Source: the human T2T-CHM13v2.0 reference genome, Homo sapiens
Assembly (NCBI GenBank): GCA_009914755.4
Contig: CP068257.2
Location: 19,040,001-19,104,000, forward strand
Length of the DNA: 64,000 bases
Reading direction: 5' to 3'
Shown here: positions 1 to 14,339 of the stretch, in pieces
Layout: each line of letters opens with the position of its first letter
Numbering within the stretch: position 1 is the first letter of the stretch
Translations under genes and position numbers: made by a program
Notes under the pieces: generated by a model
Told to the model about the DNA's origin: nothing
Seen by the model: only the letters and a program-made list of their open reading frames with translations
The model's database searches: none

Positions 1-1956
1 TGCTTGGTGGTCCCCCAGCACAGCACGACCCAAACTAATTAATATACTCTAAGTAACATAATTCAAAGAGAATGAGCAAGAAAGCCTCTTCCCTAAAATA
101 TTTCAGCTTTTATACTTATTATTTCTACTTTCTGTTTTTTCCTTACTTTGAAATTTCCTTAAAAATATTTGAGCAAATTAATGATGAACTACGTATCAAA
201 GGCAATATTATTCTTTAATTAACAAAACTCCTTAGACTTTATTAACATATGTTACTAGTTATGACAGGTTGCATAAAGAAAACTTTAATTCCAAAATGCT
301 GATCTATCTTTCATGTCTTCAGAAATTCTGTTTGCTTACAATTGCAATGGATATAACATGACCTAGTTTTTGAAAAAAATTTTTTAGTCCTTAATAATAA
401 AGGGTGATATAATAAATCTATGACAATTAAAGCAGGTACAATGTTATAGTATTTTACCAAATAATTAAACAAGAGTTTTGCTCCTCTTATGTTCTTTGAT
501 TGAACATCGTTTGTATTTTATAGGAAGACTTTCACATATTTGATCTAGTCTATGTGTAGAAGACACCTGGGAGATAGAAATTTTGGCTATGTGATAGAAA
601 CTATGGTATTTAAACTTAATGGTGCACTTAGAAGCAACAAGGAAAAACTTCTTAGAAGGTTCTGTTTTTCTAGGAGAAATATGAAACTAAATATGCCACT
701 TATTTTTGGGTATTCTAATGTGTTCTAATAATATCTCCAAATGGGAGGTAATTTCTATATTCCTGTGAGCTCTCCATTTTATCTATTTCTTTTGGAAAAG
801 AGTAAATACTCCACACCTATAATGCCAAGTAGTTCTTAATTTACATTTTATTTATTATCTTTCTTATGGTTAGAGTCTATGTTTATAGGAATATTTTATT
901 TTCGTGGCTCATTTCTGTCATTAAAACAGATAATGTAACTACAAAAAGGAATATGATTGAAAGAGAATTGTTTCTTTAAGGTTATTTCACAAAGATATTT
1001 TGAGACTTTTTTATTGTTTTTCTTAGATGGAAGGAAGTAGTGAAGAAGATTCTGTGGGGTTTCTGCTAATAAAATGATATAGTAGTCATTAGTTGTTTTA
1101 TGGTCATTTAATTGAAATCAAGTGTGCTACAGATTTATACTTTGAAGTATATGAAAATAAAAATGTGAGGTTAAATATTAATAGTCACTCCAACATCTGA
1201 AAGACACTGATAATTTGAATTAGTTTGTGAATATATAAAAGACACTTGTTTTTAGAAGTAGTTTAGGTGCGGAATTACAGAACTTGTTAAATAGAATGAC
1301 AGATGAGAGAGCAGCAGCGTCAACTTTAAGCTTTTTGGTTTAGATATCTGAGTCACTACTACCTCCCCTTAGAAAGATAGGGAGAGTCAAATGATAAATA
1401 GACTCTGGATGAGAGAAAATAGGCTTAGTTGTGGATTTTATCAGTGAGTGTGACTTCTGGGTGTTCATATAGGAATATCAGATAAAAACTTATAAAGGAA
1501 CGTGGAACTCAGGAAGAATTATTTTTTTCAAAGAGACCATGATCAACATCCAGAAATCAGATAAGATAAAAACTAGAAATAAGTAACTGGTTTCAATGAG
1601 TCACATGTGGAGTTAGAGAGAAGAGTTCAGAATGCTCTTAGCTGAAGTTCGGTAGAGAAGGAAAGAAAAAAGCAAAACCTAATTTTAAAGGTACAAGAAA
1701 TAAAGATAGGAAAGATGAAATAATATCTCCTTGAGGGGAAGAAAAGAAATATGGTTTAAGATTTCAACAGAAAAACTAAGAAGTTACAGCAAACAAACAA
1801 AACAAAAACCAGATAAATGAGAAAAAGGAGATCTTAGTGGTGAACTTTGATTTAAAATGGGAAGGCGCTGTTAATTTCCAATTTTTAGCCTAGTAGTAAT
1901 TGTTTATGAGCAATGAGAGGCAAGTCAGTAGTATACATTAGGAAGGTGGTAATAGT

Positions 1957-2027
1957 TTTTTGTTTTTTTTTGTTTTTTTTTTTTTTTGAGACGGAGTCTC
2001 GCTCTGTCGCCCAGGCTGGAGTGCAGT
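1957..2027 (-). mobile_element. Alu 3'-terminal fragment (antisense; poly-T plus ~40 bp)
   Basis: tttttttgagacggagtctcgctctgtcgcccaggctggagtgcagt matches the antisense Alu right-arm terminus and stops abruptly. Confidence 0.6.
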
Positions 2028-2194
2028 TAAAATTTACATTGGAAAAGAAAAGAAAGGATATTAGAAATGAATAGTATTCAGAGCTCATCTGAATAAGCAA
2101 TCATTAATTTCCAATAGATTCAATGCTGTCCTGTAGGTTTATCCAGTACGCTTCCAACTAAGAGGAGCTGTTTTATTGATCCAAAGCCATTATA

Positions 2195-2770
2195 TTGATC
2201 CAGAGTCAACAAAAGCAAACCGGTGGAACTTGCATAGGCATGACAATTAAGCTTGATGTCAAGAGAATGACTGTCATGAAAACTCCAGTAGGTAACACAT
2301 TCTTAAAGAACAGGGAGGATGTTAAAGTAAAGGAGGTTACAATGAGTTTGAGAAGGTTCCTCTTAGGAATAAACAAAGTGTATTCCACACATAAAGGAGG
2401 CCAGACAGTATATATATGTCTTTCTGGGTCTAGTGGTTGCCGGGGACTGGAGTGAGGTAGTAATGAAGAAATGTTGGTCAAACGGAAAAAATTTCCAGTT
2501 ACAATATTAATAAAATCTGTGGATATAATATATAGCATAGTGACTATAGTTAAAAATAATACTGTTTACTTGAAATTTGCCACAATAGTAAATCTTAAGG
2601 GTCCTCAATACACAGACATACATAAAAGAGGGTAACTATGTGTGGTGATGGTTGTGTTTATTAATTTAATTGTAATGTTAAACAATGTATACATATATCA
2701 AATCATCATGTATGAATCATGTATGTATAATTTTCATTTACCAATTACACCTCAATAATGCTGGAAACAA
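2195..2770 (+). mobile_element. L1 (old L1M-type) 3' end: ORF2 C-terminus remnant plus 3'UTR
   Basis: gtggttgccggggactggag and the terminal caattacacctcaataatgctggaaa followed by an A-rich tail match the L1M 3'UTR terminus; ORF 2195-2455 translates to an L1 ORF2 C-terminal-like peptide. Confidence 0.6.
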
Positions 2771-3239
2771 AAAATAAAAGAAAGAGAAAGGCAGAAATAA
2801 AAAATGATTAAATTAGAGGAAAAGATGGAATATTTGGAACAGTTAAAGTTCTGGTAAAGTATATGCAGAAAATTACCTAAAGATATGAATGATAGGAAGT
2901 TGAAACTATTAATGGTCATTGTTATGTTCAGCACTGTGTTATGAAAAATTCCAAACGTACAGCAAAGTTGAAAGAATCTTCCCATGATATCTATACCAGC
3001 TATACAGGAATTTTCAGTTAACATTTTATTATAGTGCTTATCACATATGTCTTTATCCATCTTGCTATTCATTTACTAATTTGTCTCAGTGTTTCAAGAA
3101 TCTCAAAGGATATTTCAGGCAGCATACTCCTTTTCTGTAAAAACGTTAGGTACATATACTGAATTTCTCATAATATTTTGTAAACTTATTCTAGATTTCT
3201 TTTATGTATCAGTAACTTTGTTTTATTACTGACATTTTT

Positions 3240-3930
3240 AAAAGATGCAAAAAAGGCCTTTGATAAAATTCAACTGCCATCCCTGAGTGAAAAAAATCTT
3301 AGAAAAATAGGATTAGAAACAATATTTGTGTGTGTGTGATAAAAGATACCAACAAAAATCATACAGCAAATATTATATTACAGTGAAATATTGGAGGCAT
3401 GCCTCTTGAGATTGATAAAAAGAAAAGTTCGCTTGTTACCATCACTTCAGTTCAAGGTTGTACTAGATGTCCTTGCCAGTGGAATAAGAACAAACAAAGA
3501 AATAAACATATAAGGATTGAATGGCAAGAAATAAGACTTACTGCTTTGCCGGATTGCAAAATTGCATAGAAATTCCTAAACAATCAATAGATAAGCAATT
3601 GAAATTGATAAAATGATTTAGCAAAATCTTTGGCTTCATGGTCAATTTGTAAGTATTAATTTTGTTTCTATATTACCAACAACAAAAAATCAGAAAATAA
3701 AATAAAATTACTATTTGAATAACATCAACAACTTGTAAAAGACAGAAATAATTCTAAATGATAGGCAAAAACTTGCCACAGAACATATTTAAAAATTGAA
3801 AGTAATAAAAATCTCAAATAATTATATGTATTTTAATGGATTGATATACTTAGTATTTTAAGTTATTGTTTCTACCAAAATCTATACATGAATTCAACAT
3901 CATAATAGATAAAATCCCAGGAGTGTCTAA
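3240..3930 (+). mobile_element. L1 ORF2 (reverse-transcriptase region) internal fragment, decayed
   Basis: Translation gives KAFDKIQ...TANIIL..PLEIDKKK..LVTITSVQGC..CPCQWNKNKQRNKHIRIEW, colinear with L1 ORF2 (KAFDKIQHPFMIK...TANIILNG...); stops and frameshifts are present. Confidence 0.6.
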
Positions 3931-3932
3931 GA

Positions 3933-3978
3933 GTGTGTGTGTGTGTGTGTCTGCGTGTGTATGTGTGTGTGTGTGTAA
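3933..3978. repeat. (GT)n microsatellite, imperfect
   Basis: gagtgtgtgtgtgtgtgtgtctgcgtgtgtatgtgtgtgtgtgtg. Confidence 0.9.
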
Positions 3979-3996
3979 AATTGATTCTAATATTGA

Positions 3997-4355
<359 letters not shown>

Positions 4356-5461
4356 TAATTTAGTATAAATTTATACTAATTAAAATAGCATGGTTAATTA
4401 AGACAATGTCATTTCTGAACAAAGATTAAAAATAATTGAATGAGACAGAATTGTCCAAAAGCAGATCTACACTCAAATAAGACTCTTTAATGATGACAAA
4501 AAAGGCACTACAGACTAATAGATAATTATGAATTTTAGCCCTGTCTCACATCAGACATTAAACCTCATTCAAGGTGGAGGGTGGAGGTAGAAAGTCTCAC
4601 ACAAGATAAAATCATAAAGCTTCCAGCAGATAGTTCAGGAGAAAAATGTCCTGAATTTGGAATAAGGTGACATTTCTTGAATAGGACAGTAAGTTCAAAA
4701 TATGAAGAAATTATACAACGTTTAAGTTAGAAAATTTTATTCATTAATAGTGATTATTAGCAGGTGAAATGCAGGATATAGAGAGATAGGACACATTTCT
4801 CACCTATTTAACACTCAAAAATCTAGTTCCAGTTTATATAGAGCTATTCTCTAAGTAATAAGGAAAAAAATGATAAATCAATCTTAAAAGGGGATAAAAA
4901 GCCTTAAATAGATATTTTACCAAAGAGGGGATCTACATATGCCATAAATATACAAACAAGTTCAAAATCTAATTAGTATCCAGAGGAAATCAAATTCAAA
5001 GTTCAATGAGATAGCACTATGCATCTACCAGAATAACTGAAAAGGTGGAAAACCCCATAATATGGAGTGTTTGAGGTAGCACAGCAACTGAAATTTACAC
5101 CTGCCTTTGGGTACAACAACTTGAGTAACCTCACTGGCATTAATTACAAACCTGAATATAGGCACATCATATGATCCAGTAATTTCATTCCGGCCCAGCA
5201 GAAACGTGCACAAAATCATGAACTTAAACACTAGCAACAGCATTACTAATGATAGTCAAATTAATTTTCTTAATAGTAAAACAGATAAGCAATGGTATTA
5301 TATATAATGTCATACAATGGATTACTATATAATTAATTTTCTTCAATAGTAAAACATATAAGCAATGATATTATATATAGTATCATACAGTGGATTACTT
5401 TACTGCAATAAAAATGAACAAACTATAGGTACACGATGTCTTGCTTGAATCTCATAAACAT

Positions 5462-5860
5462 TGCTATGGTTTGAATGCTTTTTTCCCCACTAAAATTTAT
5501 GTTGAAACTTAATCCCCAATGCAATGGTATTAAGAGAGGTGGCCTTCAGGAGGTAATTGAGTCATAAGAGGTCTGTCTTCATTAATGACATTAGGTGCAT
5601 TATAAAAGGGCTTGAAGGAAGGAGTTTACACCTTTTTGTTCCTGTTGTCCCTTTCACTATATAAGGCACAGGATTCCTCCCATCCAGGATAGCAACAAAG
5701 TGTCATCTTGAGTGCAGAGAGACTGGACCATCATCAATTGGTGACTGGATCTTGGACTTCCCAGTCTCCAGACCTCTGAGAAAACAAATTTCTGTTCTTT
5801 ATAAATTACCCAGTCTCAGGCACTTTGTTAAAGCAGTATGAACAAACCAAAACGAATACA
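5462..5860 (+). mobile_element. MaLR-type solo LTR (MST/MLT1-like)
   Basis: tgctatggtttgaatgc...ccccactaaaatttatgttgaaacttaatccccaatg ... ataaattacccagtctcagg ... aacgaataca is the characteristic MaLR LTR architecture. Confidence 0.55.
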
Positions 5861-6116
5861 ACGGGTAAAAAGAGCAAAAAAAAAAAAAAAAAAAAAGAAA
5901 AGAAACTTAATATACAATCCCATTTATATAGAATTCAAAAGCTTCCAAATTAATCTATGATCATAAACTCAACTAATTGGGTTCTGGTGTTTTGGGTCTG
6001 GATGGTAGTTTAATGGACATGTTTATTTTTGATACAATTTATTAAGCTGGCCAATTTTCATGTATGCATTTATTTTTATATGTATGTATGTGTATTTGAA
6101 AAGTCATTTTATCAGT

Positions 6117-6855
6117 TGATATAGTTTGGATATTTGTCCCCTGAAAATCTCTTGTTGAAATGTGAGCCCCCATGGCCGGGCGCGGTGGTTCACACCTGTA
6201 ATCCCAGCACTTTGAGAGGCCCAGGCGGGCAGATCACAAGGTCAGGAGATGGAGACAAACCTGGCTAACATGGTGAAACCCTGTCTCTACTAAAAATACA
6301 AAAAAATTAGCCGGGAGTGGTGGCGGGCACCTGTAGTCCCAGCTACTCAGGAGGCTGAGGCAGGAGAATGGCGTGAACCCAGGAGGCGGAGCTTGCAGTG
6401 GGCCAAGATCGTGCCACTGCACTCCAGCCTGGGCGACAGAGCAAAACTCCGTATCAAAAAATAAAAAATAAAAAAAAAAGAAATGTGAGCCCCCAGTGTT
6501 GGAGTGGGTCCTAGTGGGAGGTGTTTGCGTCACAGGGGCCGATCCTTCGTGAATGGCTGGACGTCCTCCCTGTAGTTATGAGTGACTTCTCACACTACTA
6601 TTAGTTCCCTGAACAGTCAGTTTTTCCTCTCCACAATCTCCACACTCTTGCTCCCTCTGTTGCCATGTGACATGCCAGTTCCCCTTGACTTCTGCCATGA
6701 GTAAAATCTTCTTGAGTGCTCCACCAGAAGCCAAGCAGGTGCCAGCAGCATGTTTCTTGTATAGCCTGCAGAACTGAGAGCCAGATAAACCTCTTTGCTT
6801 CACAGATTACTCAGTCCCAGATATTCTTTATAGCCATGCAAAACAGACAAACACA
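6117..6855 (+). mobile_element. MaLR (MST-type) solo LTR with nested Alu; 5-bp TSD TCAGT
   Basis: tgatatagtttggatatttgtcccctgaaaatctcttgttgaaatgtgagcccccagtgttggag ... cctgcagaactgagagccagataaacctctttg ... caaaacagacaaacaca; tcagt is repeated on both flanks (6112-6116 and 6856-6860). Confidence 0.7.
6174..6480 (+). mobile_element. Alu (AluS/Y-like), sense, nested in the MaLR LTR
   Basis: ggccgggcgcggtggttcacacctgtaatcccagcactttgagagg ... gcactccagcctgggcgacagagcaaaactccgtatc plus A-rich tail; 15-bp TSD aaatgtgagccccca at 6158-6172 and 6481-6495. Confidence 0.95.
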
Positions 6856-7844
6856 TCAGTATTCAAAACATTCACTAGCTACCTTGCTTATAATTCTATC
6901 ATAATTATGTATTTTATAGTTTCATTTTCCTTGATCTTTATACTTTCTTTTCTCACCAAAAGTGGTATTAAATTTTCATTAAATTTAAAAACAGTTTAAA
7001 ATTATAATATTAAAAACTTATATGTTAAGAAAGACACATTTTTCAAATTTTCAATTTTTTTTTCTCCAATGCATGAGTAAAACATTCAGCTTACATATGG
7101 GGGCATCTCTCCGAGAACTTAGAATTTCAGAGTATCAGGTAGTAAAATGTTGAAAAGTTTTGAACATAATCTGCTAATTTAACTGATAAGGGAATGGTAG
7201 CCAAAATATCAAAGTGAGTGAAACACAGTTATATAATTAATACATGGCAAGACTCAAATTTGCTTTTCTGACCATAAGTTCAATATTCTGTTCTTTGGTA
7301 TTGTTTAATGCTTCCTAGAAACTTTCTTCAGATAGAAGGTATTTCTTTGATCTCCCATTTCTAAACTTGCTGCTTGTTGTACCTTAAGATGTGATCTTCA
7401 CTGGTTATAAAATTTCAGAAAGAAAAGTGCTTTGTCACTGAGGGTAAGCTTAAATGTAAGACTTGCATCTTTTCTCCATGTTTTCCAACAGGGATATACC
7501 AAGTCCAGAGGAGAATAATCAGTAAAAATGATTTTCTGTACAAATACAAAATGTAAGATTATATCAGAATATCAAATAACAAAAATAAAATTACTAACCA
7601 TGTTTTCCGTGGAGACTGTAGAAGGAAATAATGCATTTTCTGATCATTGTATCTAAATTTATAATACGGTGATATTGTTTTTTGTGCTACTGATATATGT
7701 TTTAAACATATAAATCAGACAATATTAAGAACATTCTAAAACTATTTACTAAGGCATCACTATGGTGAATATTTTTGTAAAGTAAAAACTCTTGTAACAG
7801 GAATAATCTTTCCTTAGTTCATCTGCTCGCATGTCTAGTTTTCT

Positions 7845-8998
<1,154 letters not shown>

Positions 8999-9000
8999 TC

Positions 9001-9177
9001 TGTCATTCATATGTTAAGGCCCTAACACCAAATGTGATGTTATTAGAAGATAGGGTTTTTAGGTAGGCTTTTAGGAGGTTATTAAGGTTAAATGAGGCCA
9101 GAAGGGTAGGGTCCTAAGCCTGTTGGATTGGTGACCTTATAAGAAGAAGTTCTCTTTCTGTTCCTCTCTCTCATTCT

Positions 9178-9231
<54 letters not shown>

Positions 9232-9266
9232 GCATACACCTTATGATAACTCTCCCCCTCCCCACA

Positions 9267-9301
<35 letters not shown>

Positions 9302-9328
9302 GCATATGCCTTAGAATAAGATTCTCTG

Positions 9329-9378
<50 letters not shown>

Positions 9379-9565
9379 CATGAGCATACCTCAAGACATG
9401 AGAACACACAGTGAAAAGACCACCATCTTCAAGCCAGGAAGACACCCACTACCAAAATCAAGTCATATTGGCACCCTGATTTTTGAAACTTCCAGTCTTC
9501 AAAACTGAGAGAAGATAAATTTCTGTTTAAGCCACCCAGTTTATGGCAGTCTGAGCTAAGACAGG
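9001..9565 (+). mobile_element. MLT1-like (MaLR) solo LTR with expanded internal microsatellites
   Basis: ccctaacaccaaatgtgatgttattagaagatagggtttttaggtaggcttttaggaggttattaaggttaaatgaggccagaagggtagggtcc ... caccatcttcaagccaggaagacacccac ... ccagtcttcaaaactgagagaagataaatttctgtttaagccacccagtttatggcagtctgagctaagacagg. Confidence 0.65.
9183..9378. repeat. compound microsatellite: (CA)n 9183-9228, (CA)n 9263-9298, (CT/TCTG)n 9324-9378
   Basis: direct reading of the sequence. Confidence 0.95.
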
Positions 9566-10170
9566 CATCCATATTGGTTCATCAATCGTAATAAGTGTAG
9601 ATCAATGACAGCTATTAATAACAGATGAAACTACAGACCTGGGGAGAGAGAGCATATGGCAGTCTTCTGTACTCTCTTCAATTTTTCTGGAAACCTAAAA
9701 TGTCTAAGAAATGCAGTCCATTAACTTCAAAAATAAAATAAACAAAGAAACCCCCCACAAACACAAACATTTTTCCATGCCTCCATCAATCAGTCCTTTA
9801 GCTGCCAAGTTACTTGACAGAGGCAGAAAATTCTTTCAAAGCAAATGTTGAACTAGTTAAGAAGCCACAGATTTAAGCCTTTTTTCCACCAATTAGATTA
9901 GTATGACTTTGGGATATTCATCAAATCTCTTCAGCCTTCAATTTCTTAAACTATAAGTTATGATGTAATGAATTTATTTAAAAAAATACTTATCTTTTTG
10001 ATCTCACTGTATTTTTACTTTTTGCATTTTTATATGATTAAAGGAATATTTTTAGCTTGGGAGCTACAAGATTAGTTTACCAAAACATAAATAGTAAATT
10101 CATCTTTTCAAAGTGATGCAAAATCAGTGCCCTTGTTATTAGGGCTAATTGTTTTGGAATTTGTGATTGT

Positions 10171-10222
10171 GCGTGTGTGTGTGTGTCTGTGTGTGAGAGA
10201 GAGAGAGAGGAGAGAGAGACGG
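10171..10222. repeat. (GT)n(GA)n compound microsatellite
   Basis: gtgcgtgtgtgtgtgtgtctgtgtgtgagagagagagagaggagagagag. Confidence 0.9.
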
Positions 10223-11318
10223 AGAATTTTCAAATTTGAGTTGTGACTAAAAAGTTCATAGTTTTAATAATATGGGGTTTTGACAAATTTTAAAATGTGA
10301 TGAAATGTGAGTTATCAAAACTGTAATTACTGAAATGAAATAAAGGCATATTATCTGTTACTAGAAAACTATTTGGTGGTATGAACAGTTATGCTTCTTC
10401 TCACTTCTTACTATGAATTCAATGAAATTATTTGCTTTTAAATCATTTTTTATAAAAATAACGGTTGAGATTTAAGATGAAAAGATATAATAACTATGGG
10501 AGAGACTTAAACATTTGTAGTTTGCATCAACATAGACAGATATTATGCATACTACAAGCGAAGTATTTCTCCTCTTTTCATCCATTTTAGTGGTTGTTTA
10601 GCATTACATTTATTAACTTCTGACTTGATCAACCTAAAATAATCTGAAAAGACACAAAGTAGTCGTAAAAATATTTTGAGACCCAAATTATATGTGATTT
10701 CCACTAGGAATAGCCTATTCCAGCCTTCGAGAATCACTATAGATCATTGTGTTCAGACTTCCTCTTGAGTAAATTTGAGGCTACTACCTCTGTAATTGAA
10801 AAATTTTAAGCACGTATTTTAATTACCATTCTGTCATTAGGTACATGTGGTACTATTCCAGATTCAATCATTACATGACTTGCTACTCATGCTGTTGTTG
10901 AGCTTATGAAGAGATTAATGTAATAACTTGTCTGTGCTTTCTCTGAATTAATTTAGAATGTGCCTCATTCTCTTCCTTCTGTTTGATTGAAAATTAGCAA
11001 GAAACAGTCTAATGCAGTGTTTATAAAAGAGTAGATTTGGGGACTGCTTGCTCTAGATTTATTAAAATGCTTCAGGTTCAGCTGGTTTCAGATGGAGGAG
11101 CTGGGAGTCTTCAAAAACCCCTCAGTGTTTGTTATGCATAGTAAAATTTGGAAATTCTAATTTATAGAAAGAAAAAATTTATGTCGATTTTTCTCTTTCC
11201 AGATTACCCTTTGAAAAAAGTAGCATATTCAATAATCTGGCATCTGTTTATTCAAGACATATTTAATGAATATTTTCCATATTTCAGAAATCGCTGCATA
11301 AACGTAAAGAAAAATTGC

Positions 11319-11620
11319 CAGGCACAGTGGCTCACACCTGTAATCCCAACACTTTGAGAGGTTGAGAGAGGAGGATAACTTGAGTCCAGGTGTTTAAGAC
11401 AAGCCTGGGCAACATGGTAAGATCCCATCTCCACAAAAAAAACTTAAAATTAGCTGGGCATGGTGGCACCGACCTGTTGTCCCAGCTACTTGGGAGGCTG
11501 AGGCAGAAGGATCACTGGAGCCCAGAAGGTTGAGGCTGTGGTAAGCTAAAATTGTGCCACTGTACTCCAAACTGGGCGACAGATAAGAACCTGTAACCTA
11601 GTAAATAAATAAGTAAATGA
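11319..11620 (+). mobile_element. Alu (diverged AluS/J-like), sense
   Basis: gccaggcacagtggctcacacctgtaatcccaacactttgagagg ... tgtactccaaactgggcgacag; TSD aaagaa(a/t)aattg at 11307-11318 and 11621-11632. Confidence 0.9.
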
Positions 11621-12649
11621 AAAGAATAATTGAATCAGAACACTACCTATGGAAAATTCACAGACCAATACATTCTATAAGTAAACACCAACAGAATGGC
11701 TAACTTTCTTCGGCAAACAACAAAAAAGACATTTTTCTAATGCAAGATTAGAATGTAATCCTTGGAAAGGATTTTTATTCAAATATTACCCTTCTTAGAA
11801 TTTTGTCATATTTGAATCAAAATCCTCTCCAAGGATTACAACATCAGAAATTATTTTAGAATGTTTCAGATACTGTGTATAGCATACGTTATCTGTCATT
11901 CAATCCATAAGATATCAAAATGAAGTAAATAACATTAGTTTTGCTTTCATTTTATAGGTGAGAGTGTGGAGAGGTTAAATGCTCCATTCAATGCTGTACA
12001 GCTTGTAAGTTTACTGCCATAATTTGAACCAAGACCGGTTGCTGCTGTCTTTGAGCTATTCTGTCTCCCCTCTAAAAAGGCAGAAAACCTCCTGTAAAAA
12101 AAGGGAAGACTGTTCTAAAATTTCTAAATTGCATTTAACTACACAGAATCTTTAGGCTCTTCTAGGAATTACGACAAAATGCCAAAGAAAAGCTGGAAAT
12201 TGTAAATAAACCATGCTGAGCTTAGGGACAGGTCGTGAGATAAGTAATAAATTCTTATTTAAAGTCTAATTTTGACACACACTTACCTTATACTCTTCGT
12301 ATCATCCCCTGCAATCCACCTCACCATTACAAGAGAATGGACTGTCTCTTGCGGAGTCATAATATGAAACTTCCCTATGCTATGGAGCCTCCCAAAGGTC
12401 TATTCAGGAAAGGTTGTTATGCTTTTGAAAGCAAGCAAACACATCTTAAGGGAGTATAGAAAGTTTGGTGTTAATGAATTTAGTCACTATTTAAAAATAT
12501 ACATTTTTTTCTTAATCAATTATTTTGGCCAGGCATGGTAAGAAGCATAGCTAAACAGCATTTTGAGCAAAGCAAACAGGGGACCTACCCTGAAGGAGCT
12601 TAAATATAGTTAAAGGAGAAAGATAATAAACAAAATAGAGAAAAATAAT

Positions 12650-13012
12650 TGTATTTAGTCTGTTCTTGCACTGCAAATAAAGGCATGCCCCAGACTAGGT
12701 AATTCATAAAGGAAAGAGGTTTAATTGACTCACAGTTCCACGCAGCTGGAGAGGCCTCACAATCATGGCAGAAGAGCAAGGGACATCTTACATTGTGGGA
12801 GAAGGGAGAAGGATGAGGGCCCAGTGAAGGGTGAAGCCCTTTATAAAACCATCAGATTTCGTGAGAACTAACTCACTATCACAAGAACAAGATGAGGGAA
12901 ACCGCCTCCATGATTCAATTATGTCTACTTGGTCCTTCCCACCACACTGGGAATTATGGGAACTACAATTCAAGGCGAGATTTGGTTGGGAACACAGAGC
13001 CAAACTGTATCA
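12650..13012 (-). mobile_element. MST/THE1-type (MaLR) solo LTR, antisense; 5-bp TSD ATAAT
   Basis: + strand reads tgtatttagtctgttcttgcactgc ... gaaaccgcctccatgattcaatta...tgggaattatgggaactacaattcaaggcgagatttggttgggaacacagagccaaactgtatca, the reverse complement of the tgatatggtttggctgtgtccccacccaaatctcatcttgaattgtag... LTR; ataat at 12645-12649 and 13013-13017. Confidence 0.8.
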
Positions 13013-13974
13013 ATAATACAAATAAAAACTGAAATAACAAACCAGATGATCCAATAGAGGAACGTGGTCAGGAAAAACAAGCCTGGCAGACAGATATAAG
13101 CTGAAGCCTGAAGGTAAGAAGAAACCACACAGGCAGGAAGGAAAACAAATAACAGACCATGTCAGGAAGAAAACAAACTAAACAAAGTTGATGAGGGTTG
13201 GAAAGATCTTGGGCTTTCTAACAATTGGTAGGTGGCAGATTTGCTGTCTTGTAGCATGATCAGGAAATAATGATGTAGAATGTAGTTGACATGAATGAAT
13301 GGAAAACATTCTTCATTGGAACCTATGATGGTTAATTTTATGAGTTAACGTGACAAGTACATAGTACCCAGATATTTGGTTAAGCATTATTCTCAATATT
13401 TCTGTGAAGGTATTTTTGAAATAAAATTAATATTTAAAGCAGTAGACTTTTTAAGTAAAGTACATTCTCCTTCATAATGTAGGTCGGCCATATTCAATTA
13501 GTTGAAAGCCTTAACAGAAAAAGACTGAACTCTGCAGAATAACAGGGAATTCTGTCAGCAAATTGCCTTCAGACTTAAACTGCAACTCTCTCTTGGGTCT
13601 GTAGCCTGCAGGCCTAATTTGCAAATTTTGAACTTGCCAGCCTCCACAATCATGTGAGCTAAATTCCTAAAATAAATTTCTCTATCTATTTATCTATCTA
13701 CATCCTGATGTTTCCGTGTCTCTGAAGAACCCTGACAAATACAAAATCTCTAAAGATAACCTGAAATTTGAATAATAGCAAAGTGCACGTAGATCCTTCC
13801 ACTGGAAAGAGGTGAGATGGCTCTGGGACATAGTACAGGATCTGGGAGGCATGTTGACCAAGACTCACAGAAGATGGGACTGATTTTTTTGGACTTTGAG
13901 TTATGAAAATGGCTACATTTTTTGAAACTTACTATTTATTTACAATTCTATGATTCATTTCTTTTATGCCTCAA

Positions 13975-14339
13975 TGATATGGTTTAGCTTTTTGTCCCCA
14001 TCCAAATCTCATCCCCAAATTTAATCCCCACCTGTCGAGGGAGAGACCTGGTGGGAGGGGATTGGATAATAGAATCAGGCTTCCCCCTTGCTGTTCTCAT
14101 GACAGTGAGGGAATTCTCACAAGATTTGATGGTTTAGAAGTGTGGCACTTTCGCCCGCACTCCTGTTGCTGCCATGTAAGACATGCCTTGCTTCCCCTTC
14201 ACCTTCTGCCGTGATTGTAAGTTTTCTGAGGCTTCCTCAGCCATGTGGAACTGTAAGTCAATTTTATTAAACCTCTTTTTTAAATAAATTACCTAGTCTT
14301 GGACAGTACTTCATAGCAGTGTGAGAACTGACTAATACA
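13975..14339 (+). mobile_element. MST/THE1-type (MaLR) solo LTR, sense
   Basis: tgatatggtttagctttttgtccccatccaaatctcatcc ... ggtgggaggggattgg ... gctgccatgtaagacatgccttgcttcccc ... cagccatgtggaactgtaagtcaatt ... cagtgtgagaactgactaataca; flanks ctcaa/ctaaa give a near-TSD. Confidence 0.8.

Noticed and set aside
5876-5896. Isolated poly-A tract after the MaLR LTR at 5462-5860
   Set aside because: Could be the tail of a severely truncated SINE or processed insert, but there is no recognisable body or TSD, so it is treated as simple sequence.
9180-9407. ORF encoding VCVCVCV / RERERDRDR-type peptide
   Set aside because: Direct translation of (CA)n and (CT)n microsatellites.
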